Positions 1 to 10,548 of a stretch of DNA of 64,000 nucleotides are shown one piece after another. Made by a program: the position numbers and the translations under genes. This DNA is from Ophelia neglecta. Taxonomy: Eukaryota. Within the stretch, counting starts at the first letter, position 1, and each line of letters starts with the position of its first letter. The notes beneath the pieces are model-generated. The model ran no database searches. It saw nothing but the letters and a program-made list of their open reading frames with translations, and was not told where the DNA came from. The DNA is taken from assembly GCA_965285935.1 (NCBI GenBank), contig OZ260663.1, forward strand, positions 66,898,001 to 66,962,000, in the 5' to 3' direction.

Positions 1-599
1 GATTTGGCTTTGTCTGATGAGTATCCACCACACCCCTTCTCTTTCTTTTTGCAATTATAAACAAGAATCTATTTTTACAATATTTACTCACAAAATATTG
101 CTAACGCAGAGACATTCAATATGTCGTCAAAAAACGGGAGTGGATACCTGGCAGACAAATCATAATTCAAGAATAGTCTATTTAATAGGCCCAAATGGTC
201 AGGAACCAGCAGCCACAGCCCCATCCCCATCAATAAATTAATATCCAGCTCCTAATAAATAAATAAAGTTGTAATGCGGTTAATAGTAAATGAAAACATA
301 AACTTGATATCACTTGCAGTGAGACGTAGTCACCAGTTTTCCATGATGCGAGTCAGAACACTAGTTATGTGTGTTCATATAAGGAATAAATGTCGGTTAA
401 TTTCTTATTATAATCATAATGGTTCCATTTTTCATTTTAAATACTTATTACTCTATACTTTTATAAAGAGGGGACATTGAGAACTGACGCATATTATATG
501 ATTATTACTTCCACAGATAATGATGCCAGAGGACACGATGGCCATTCTTACCACCGCCACTACGGTGTAGGTTGCGCACCTTCAATTGTCGGGTAAAGG

Positions 600-960
600 C
601 ATCGCATCCTCCCGGATCAAGATGTTGGCGTAAAATAGAACACTCCCGCTCGAGAATGATATTTCATAAAGGAATGTCGTTAAACAGTTCAAACGACAAC
701 TTCCACCGTATTCTAGAACGTTCCCAGATGTTAACCAGGTAAAAATTGCATCAATATAGTTCATATGAGATGCAGAAGAGCGCAGAAACTAACGCGTTTT
801 GCAGATATTAACGACCCAAATGGGTCTTCTTGCCGAATGTTTATCTAGTGTATGGCATATACGAGTAATTATTTTGCGCATATCCAGCGCATTATAGTGC
901 CTCTTGATCCGAGAAAACACGGTTGCTCTGGAAGGGTTTTTATATCCCATAGCATATCCG
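600..960 (-). mobile_element. Possible decayed Penelope-like reverse-transcriptase fragment
   Basis: One minus frame reads GYAMGYKNPSRATVF ... (one stop) ... YIDAIFTWLTSG ... FLYEISFSSGSVLF, resembling the PLE motifs GTAMG, YIDDIF and KFTYEIS...VxFLD. Motif spacing is longer than usual. Confidence 0.35.
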
Positions 961-2643
961 CCCAAAGGATGATGGCACCACGTTCTATTTCAGAGAGACA
1001 ACACGATTAAATTAATTTTTCCAATGAAAATCAATGAACACATTTAACCTTGACCATTTTGTTTCAAGAGTTTTGCTTTATTTAACTCCTATAATATTGA
1101 TACAGTAAAACAAATAGGCCTACATTTAATCAAATGAAACGCTAAATTTTTGCGGACCACGTCTAAAGGCACATTGAAGACTAAAACAAATAGCAGCCCA
1201 TATAACAGAAGCACATTGGTGGTCTATATAGAACACAGATACCGAAAATCATGTTATATGTTTAATTGGAGGTACTACTCAATGGAATATGCTCCAGTCT
1301 CAAATTCTTTAAATAAGTCCGAATGGTAGTTTTAAACAAAAGCTATGTACATTTTTACTATTGACAATGGAATAAAATTAATCAGAATCGAAGAAAGGGT
1401 GATAAAAAGTCGGGTGCGCATCACCCGTTATTTACATTGGAAAGCGAGAAAATTGAATGTGTCTATTGTTACGTACATGTACTGGATTAAGGCTGCTTGC
1501 CTGTGTAAGATGCGCCCCTGCTGTCTTTGGACATTACTGACAATGTTTCAAAAGTTCCCATTCTTTTACGCAGTTAATACTAGTATGAGGTGCCGATTTT
1601 TTATGAATGCGGCACAATGCGGTCCTCCTGTTTTAGCCGTAAAATATCTTATTCGTAGTATTTCCGCCGCACATAATCTATATCTATACACACCAGAGTA
1701 TACTTTATATGCTTCGGTTGCTGAAACAACCAGCATATTACCGTCTACGATAATTTTGGCTAAACCTTACAAAATAAATCCAATTTCGTATGACCTAATC
1801 TACTGGAAGGCCACGACACTTGATACTGTGCTCGCTCTTTCGGTTCAATTGTTTGAGAAACCTGTCTGGTATGCGGTGAACTTGACACATTAACGTTACT
1901 TTTGTGTCTCTTTTCATTCGAAAAAAAACATCATCAATAGCCTTTTCACTCGTGCATTTTGCGCACAAAAACTCCGGAAGAATGTGAGGCCTTAACCCGA
2001 CGATTGAAGGTGCGCGTGCTACTCCGAAGAGGCGGTAGTAAGGTTGGCCACCGCGGAGGAGAGGGAGGGCTGAGGGTTTGTGGCAGCTGATACATCTGGG
2101 GACAGACTTCCAGCACTGTCCGTTTATCACAATTAAATAATAAGGCTTTACGTAATACACTGATGCATCATTACGTCCAGGTTTCGCATACTGTATTTAA
2201 AGGAGCATCAATTAACAGAGACTCAAATAAGCATGTCGATGCCGGCCTTAGAGGACAGTTTGGGGCAATAATTTCCCATAGTAAAATTGTTACAGGCCAT
2301 GTTGATGTATACATAGCCCATGCCGGGCGAGATATTAATGTTTTCGTTAGTTCAAACATGGTATATTATGGCTCATAGCCATGTTACACGGAACAGTGCA
2401 ATATTTCAATATTAGGGCTAAGACAAATATTATTATTATGAAAAAGGCAGCGACGCGGATCGAGCGTGGCTGTATTTATTCAACAGGTCCCCTGGTCCCA
2501 ATAAATTTAGACCGGAATCAGAATGGTCAAAGTGACGGGAGAATTCATGTCTGTAATTGTTAGTAATATTTGTGTTAAACAGAGGTTTACTTGCATGCAT
2601 GCTTTTGTCTAATCCATGTACATACATAGGCTATAAGGGATTC

Positions 2644-2705
2644 AATAAACATTAGTTTTATTATTATTGTTATTATTATGATTATTATGATTATTATTAT
2701 CATTA
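2644..2705 (+). repeat. AATAAA followed by an (ATT)n tail; probable 3' end of an old LINE/SINE
   Basis: caataaac at 2643-2650 directly followed by a degenerate (ATT)n microsatellite. Confidence 0.45.
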
Positions 2706-4512
2706 AAAGAATAGACTTCCTACAATATTCAATAGCGTAATAAGTTTGAAATCAACGTAGATAAATTATGATAGTATGGTTAAAGGCACGTTTTTATCGC
2801 GTTTGTTTTTCGGTCCAAAGTCCATTTCAGAGCCCCGTCTTGTTGACCAGCCATGAAGAGGTATCCAAACATAAGTCGTAGGAAACGACAATTCGCGCTA
2901 TCTTGGATCAGGTGACCTGCAAATACCTACCGTTATCTTTAAGCACGTGGAGTTGGCTCATCGCATATAAAGACACAACGTATAGATAGACTTTAAATAT
3001 GAAGACATCAGGAATGGATAGTATGTTGCTGTGAGAAGTAGTCAACATTTTCCATGCTGTGTGGCAGCGCACAAAACAAACTACACAGTGTTCAACTTTG
3101 GACAGAGAAGAAATATGTCTTATAAAGAGTGCCTGGACCAGTCTCTTAAATTACTTTGAGACTGAATATGATAATTTCTCTCATTAAACACAATATATGA
3201 GATAGATATGATAGGTCCGGCATACTATAGGAAATGGGTATTTATCTCCTTGATAGGACAATAAAGTGTAAACAATGGAAACAGAAACAGCCACGCTTTT
3301 ATTGTGACCGAACACGTGGATTTGTAGATGCAGTAGCTGCAGCATCTGAGGCGCTCAACGATTTATCGCTACAAATTTGATGCTTTTTCAAAATATCCTT
3401 AAACTGCTTCAAATAATCTTTCATCAATTGTACCTCTACTTCGACTGAACACGGCATTCGTTTTTCACTTCAATTGTCCATATTTGATTTAAATCGTTGC
3501 GAACTGAACAATAAGTTCATGCCATTCACTTGTATTTATGAGTTGTTTTATTGCACAAACGAAAAGTTAACCCATCGGCATTTGTCTTTTTAATGTTAAG
3601 TACAACGAGAACGAATCTGATCTACTTACGTGTCTCGAATTATTACTCACCAATCATTGCTTTTGATTGGTTGACTAACAAACGTCCATTTCTAAATTTC
3701 AGAAAATCAACTATCCTCGTCCGATTCTGGACCAAATTCTATATCCACTTCTTGCTCACGTTATATTCTTCCCCTGTTTGCGATATTTCCTTGTATACTT
3801 CGAAAGTTGTGACATTTTCATAAGCTTATGCTAAGCTGTTCGATTTTAATAAGTCACAAATACTTTATGGACCGTTCAAATTCTATGTTGATTCTACTTT
3901 GACGCCCGATTATTTTGTTGTGTGGCCTTATTCACATCATGAAATCCACTGACTGTTTTCCATTGCATATAATATCAGATTTATTATTTTTTCTACTCAT
4001 ATATGGTTACAAATATCTATTTACAGTTTTTAAACTGGAGACTGATGTTTGTCGGCCCGCGGTTATGGTTCCTGGTGGAATTTGGACAATTTTACGATAT
4101 TTTGTTGATATCAGATGTCGGTTTTTCTGCCAGTTATTCAATGACAGGTTTCTCGATTTCGATCATTTAAGACATAAAGCATTTTGTTTGGGCTTTTGGG
4201 CAGGTAAGTATAGGTACCAAACGACTAATAATGGTTTGTGCTGAGGTTTATGGGCTACTAAGACAGGAGCGCAGAGTGTACTGGTCAACTTATGTCCGAG
4301 ATTCCTTGCATATATTAGCTTCTAGGAGGTATGGTTTGTCCTATTAAGTCCCAACGCAGAATTCCTTTAAGTATCGTATGAAGCATGCAGTCCGAAAACG
4401 CGCCATTGAATTTATGATGGGGAAGCTCACACCGACAAAACCATCGCTTTACAGATTAAAGTAGAGTGATGTAGAACCTAGGGAATACCTTGGTCTATTG
4501 TATGATTTTATG

Positions 4513-4702
4513 GATGAGTATCACGTGATACTGGAATGTCCAACGTACAGAGAATTACAGCAAAAGTACGACCACAGTACGAGATAACGTCAGTTCATAT
4601 ATATATCAACTGAAATTGAAAGCGGACGCAATACTTCAGCTTTACAAGAAGCACCTTAATAACTTCTGGTATGAGATGTTTATTCAAAAAGCCTATAATG
4701 AG
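4513..4702 (+). mobile_element. Decayed non-LTR retrotransposon (RTE-X/L2-like) ORF2 C-terminal fragment
   Basis: 4513-4569 translates DEYHVILECPTYRELQQKY, matching the EDEYHFxLxCPxYxxLRxKY zinc-knuckle end of such LINEs. A frameshifted FIQKAYNE at 4679-4702 resembles the usual terminal motif. Confidence 0.6.
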
Positions 4703-7700
4703 GTACTCATACAAACCAAACTTCGGTGCTTTATATTTGTTGGATTTGTTATATGGGGAGTAAAAACTGGAGCATTATGAACAGACGACGGAGCTAATCT
4801 TTAAAAAAAGACACACCGAATAACACAATTCCTGTTTTAAACAGACTAGATCAAGAAAACGCCCACCATGGCCACGCCTAGTACTGTATTGCCTTCTATA
4901 ACATGTTATTGAAAAGACAATCCCTGCGGGACGCCTTTGTTTTTAAGTTCTATAGTTCAATCTACATTTAATAACACAGCGTTATGAAAATGTCAATATG
5001 TTTTTCTTCCGGTCACTTGTTCAAAGATAGCAGTTGGTTTTTCTAGTCACGTGATTGTGGAGACCTCTTCTTCACCAAATGGATCCGAGCTACGATCCAT
5101 GGTCAACCGAAAGGGAATCCTTGCATTTGACGGAAATAATTGTTCCAAAGTTCAACGGTGACGTTCCATTCGGTTACGTGGTCCGAGATGGCGGTTCTAA
5201 TTGATTGTCCTCTAACGTTGGTGGCTGCGTCATCACCGCTAGTGGTGTTTTCCAGTTTGGGGCCTCGCAGGATTCTCACAAAAGAACATGGCATTCCAGT
5301 TGGACTAGAAAACTTCCACTTAGTTTTGGAAACAACGGTTGGAGACTTTCTGTGGATTATAAGGTCAACGAAAACGCTTTTTTCGGTCACGTTACCCAGA
5401 ATAAGATTAACTTCTGGCAACGCCCTTTCGGTTTTGTCGATCCCGGTCACTTTCTGTCTCCATCTCGAACATCAAACAGTTAATGTAAATGCGTTTTACT
5501 TTGTTACCATTATGCATTGTCTATCCGGCCATTGTTTTTTAAGTCTGACCTACTTATTCTTCTGTTTCGTAGATCTGATCCTCTTATTCTTAGAACTATG
5601 CACATACATATACATAGACATACATATATAGTATCCAATATTCCTAAGGATGCAAAGTAGTCGATCATGTGACGAGAATCATAACCGACTGTAACCTTAC
5701 TTACTGAACGCCTTTGAAGTTTAAGTACGGCTACTAGCAAAGCAGACTTGATATAATTTGAAGCAAGCCCTGGAACATATAATTCATAACATGAAACAAT
5801 TTTCCTTGGGCGAAAAGCTATCATTATCGTATTGATCGGAATCGGGATATAAATTTGAAGATATATGACCTTTTCACCCCCATCTGCCTCATTTCACAGC
5901 AATAACTGTAAAAGGGGCATCATGGGCGGTTTTTCTACATTTTTCACTATAGTATAACCTGGAAGCCATTCTCGTGCCAAATGGAAGGGATTCCTCTACA
6001 TCGCCTCCCAAATCATCTCTAAAATTAATTAGAGTCTTTGATAAATAATACGGCTGACTTGTATGGCTCGGCACGTAGCTCTCTGTCTAGCTTGCCTTAT
6101 TCGATGACCGAGCGCCTTTGAACCTGCCCGATGCCCGCGGCCCTCATATTTAGAGAACCTTTGGCTATTTTGTCGGGTAATTCTCTCGTCCTTAGTCTAC
6201 ATAGTGCTAGCCTGAGGCGACTGAGCGGTGTCAATGAGGCAGAGCCGTGCCAAACACGTACGGAAGCACACACGGATTGCCGATGCCTCACACATCCAAT
6301 CGATAGCCCCTAATAGGAAATATTATATTTGGAAGCTTTGCCGAATCGATAGAGTTGTGTGTGATGGTGATGCGGCGTGCTGACGGCGTCAGATCAGTAT
6401 TGGCAAGCCAGTACACCTACAATGCTGGTATTGATAGAAGAGGGCACGCCTAATGACTAGCTACCAGTTGCTTGGGGCTACATCAGCTTCTCCATACTTC
6501 TAGTCTTATTGATATCCAGGAGATGTCCCTTGCCCACTTTAACACCGACCCCACGTCCTCGCCATCACCCGATTGCTTCATCTACTAACAGACTACAGGA
6601 AATTCTAGTTACTTAAACCCTAGTTTCAGATTCAGTACACGGGCGTAACACGGCCACCACTAAACTCTAAATATATTTTATCCTTGGGCAGACAATTTTA
6701 TTTAGGACCAGATCTCTGGTTTCGAAGTAAGACAAATTTACGCCATTCGTTTATTCACCTGTTGAATATGTGGACCCTAAAACAGACCTGTTGCACTAAG
6801 AGTGCAATTCCCTCTTTTGCAGGATATTGAATTGGCTGTTTGGGCTTAAGTGCTGTGTTGTCTGTTGCATGGCACCCAAGCTAATGCTCGCCGCCGCTTT
6901 ATGATGTAAGTGATATTTTCTAAACAGAACCAAATTTGCTGGCATACTGGAAAATCTATAAAGCTCTATGTACAAATGAATCAGCATTTGTATTTTAAGA
7001 TTAATGTCAAGCCGTCAGGGAACCAATACAATCAATGGGCTGTCAAGCTGTTAGTTCCGAGAATGCTTGGGCGATCGACAGCACAACATAACACATAAAT
7101 GTAGTCAAGATAGGACTGTGGGAAGTGGATTTATCGAACTGCCTGTAATACTAGGGATGTTTAGAAGCTTATACGGTGAACATAATATAAAGACATGTTG
7201 GTGTATTGTTAATTTTACAACGAGGGACTACTATTGGTTCCCCTCTCCCGGTGTCCTGAAGTCACTGTGCCATTTGTTTAGTAAATTACCTGTTACCTTT
7301 GCCCAGCCATACCTTACCTGATTGAGAACGTGTATCGTAGATTACCGGCCGTATATATATATGACTCATGGTTATTGTCCATAAAGCTAGTCGCTGTCAT
7401 AATGTTGGCTCAACGTTCTGCCCCCCCCCCCCCCCCCTTATACTGGTGAGCACGAAACCAATTAAACTTGTATGGTGACAGTTTCGATCTCCGCCTACAG
7501 AGGCGTACATGACTTCCAGTTTATATTGTATTTCTGGAGACAAGCGCCAACACGCTCATCGAGCGCACTCCACAAGACAACCTGTTGGATTCCTGACGGC
7601 CTTTGTTTGGCGGCTTTTATTGTGTACCATGAGGAAAGTCATGAGCCGCCTGTTGAGATATTGACCGATGTATATTTGATTAAGAGCAATATAGGTTGGA

Positions 7701-8049
7701 GCCATTTTGATGTGCCTGAGCAGAAGGAAACTCTCCACCTCAAGTAAGAGGTAATTGAAATACCTCGAAGTTTTGAGCAGTTAGGTGGATCGGCACCATT
7801 AATATAATATATATTGTATTGCTTACAACAACATTTGTATGAGGTTTAAACGTATAATGGCCTCAATTCCCATTTGACAATTTAAGCGCCTTTATTTAAA
7901 TGAATCCAAACATTCTGCGTTAGCTTGTATAATCTCGATGATAGTATCACTATAAAGAGGTGTACTCGTGGAATGTCTTAGTTAATATAATACTATAAAA
8001 AAACAAGTTATGGCAAATGCAGAAATCTAAAAACAACCATCAGTTAATA

Positions 8050-10548
8050 ATTCAAAGGTGTGTCTTTTATTCACAAATACCTAATTAAATATTCATTTCA
8101 TTATTGCTTTGTAACACGTTATTACTTTGAACAATAACATTATTATTGCCATGGTTTTGCTACGTTCCTTATTGCATTTATAATTTGCATACATTTTAGG
8201 CTATTCGTTGACTGCAATATCTATGGCTTAATGCAAATATACAAAAAGTTGTCTAATCTCTTCAAAGTAATACTGCTCTTCAGTAACTAATATAATATAA
8301 ATTTCAAAGCAAATAAATAGAGACATTTTAATTCATTAAATAAATAAGCTTTCATTTGATAAATAAATTAATTAATAGCAATGAATCCTATTCTATAATT
8401 AAAATATGTACATTATTGCTAAAATAATTATAAGTGCAAGTTTTTATTTGGTGGTATAGGAAAATACGTCATGTAAAGTGACTTCTATAAAATGGGACTT
8501 GTATCTACATTACATGGAAAAATATCATTTGGGTGTGCTCTTGCAGAGAACAAGATTATTGCCGCTTGGTCTGGCGTCAATGGCTTGATTCTGTCGGGTT
8601 ATTTCTCATGCCTGCCGCCTGCTTCTACTCCCGCCTTTTGGCGGCGACTAGCCGGGCCGGCTCCAAGGGTTCGGAAACCTGGCACCGTTCTATTATCGGT
8701 AGCGGTAACCACTTAAGTTAGAGGGTACAATAAAGACTACACGGCCCATTCTCATGATCGTTTAGCGCCTCTCCCCTCCCCCCGGGCCCTGTTGAGCCTC
8801 CCCTCCCTCGACTTCAGGCTTTGTTGCTCACCAGTTGTTGCTGCAGACAATAGCGCCAAATCTGGACATGTCACGTTCTGCGAGCTCAAGTTATTGCTCA
8901 TCAAAGGCGAGCCGGTTGTACATTTGTCAAAGCCGGGTCGAGTCTGGCGCTAGATGCTCTGGAATGAGCCTCCCTCGCTGACTGATCACCGACAAATAAA
9001 ATGTGCCAACCTTTCAAAGCCGGATCTCACATATAAAGACGAGCCTCGCTGGTAATTTCTTCCCGACAAAGCTTGCTCGGATTTCAACATAATTCTGCGT
9101 GATTCTATTTTACATCATTAGGGGGACATAAACGATAGCTCTGCACTAAACTGGCGGCAATACAACGGCTTTTGTTATAGCATTGCGTAGGTAATATTAA
9201 TCAACGTCGGCCGTGAGAGTCCCGACGGAGACAATAGATGTAAGGGAATCATGGCAATTTATGGGAACATTTGGTTTGTAAGGCGCAGTCGGAATGCCCG
9301 AGGGATCGATTTTGCGACAAATGCCCTGCTTGGGCTTTACACTACCGGCTCTGGTGGTCCTTTGAGGACGCTGATAAATGCATTCATCAGGGCGGAGATG
9401 GCAAAAAAGCAGAGTGCAGCAAAACGCACGAGTGATGTGTGCGGCTTTCTGTCTCGAATTGCCCGCTCATATCCCTGAGAAGGGTGATTCATTCGTGACA
9501 GAACGTGCGCAACAGGCCCTAACACCGGTCCCGGCCGCCAGAAAAAGGCGTCATTACTGGCTTTCATTTTCAAATTGAATTTGCCAGGCGTGGAATGGTG
9601 GAATCAGGTGGCCTGCGATTCGGCCTGGTTATGGATTGCTCCTCCTCGCTTGGTTGGCTTCTCACACGGCCGGAAGATAGCTGGATACTCGTATGTGTAT
9701 TGGCCATAAGGGAGAAGGGACAAGGGCTGGGGTCCGCAATATTCTTAGGGGGGAGGGGGGGGGGGGACTCACTGACTCCTCCATCACCGCCACCACCATA
9801 GCACTATAGCACTACTCGGGCTAATTGTAAGGCGGGTACTCTACTTATCTTTACAGTTGGACACCCTATGGCATTATGTAAATAGACCAACAGAAGAATT
9901 ATGGCAACATGGCGGAGGTGTCGGTTCGATCGATGGGCTTTAAATTCCTGGCGAGGCGCCTTGATTGATTGAAGACGGGTGAAAGGTCCCTCGAACCCTC
10001 TATGTGTCTTTGGGGAGATAGCAGTTATCGCCCTTTCTTAATTTCCTCCGAAATAATGTCACTGAAAATGAATGCGGCATTGAAACCCGATAAGCGGAGA
10101 TTCAGTGCAGGCCAAATACCAGTCCTACCCGTATAATAGCACACACTGTAATCCTGCTTTAAGCCCTACAGGACAACACGCGAGTGATAATGAGCTTTGA
10201 GACCGTTTTTGACTAGACACACTGGTTACTGACTGGTATACTTATGTTCTCATTTTTTTTAAAAAGAAAAAAAAGTATTTGAACAGTTTCTTGGAGTTCA
10301 CATCAAGACTTTCCTGCACAAAAAGTGCCGAGTTTCACCGAATACGCCTATTTTCGTTGTGTCTATATTTTGCCAAACATGGCTGGAATGTCCAATTGAA
10401 TAAAGAGCACGTCCTTCTGCAGTTCCTTCTCATTAAGTCCAGTATAAACACAATTACATAAATAAGTTGGGTTATGCTGTGGATCAGGTCCACTGAGATT
10501 CATTGAGCGACTAAGTTTGAGGGTGGATGAGCGGTTTTCTCAATCCGT
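8050..10548 (-). other. Putative long 3' UTR of scrt-A
   Basis: AU-rich distal segment at about 7960-8520 with minus-strand AATAAA at 8443-8448, 8066-8071 and 7891-7896, ATTTA elements and dense miRNA seed matches. The exact 3' end is unknown. Confidence 0.5.

Noticed and set aside
5041-5680. Imperfect inverted TCACGTGA-like words flanking ORFs at 5103-5631, as a DNA transposon
   Set aside because: The match is short, there is no TSD, and the ORFs show no transposase motifs.
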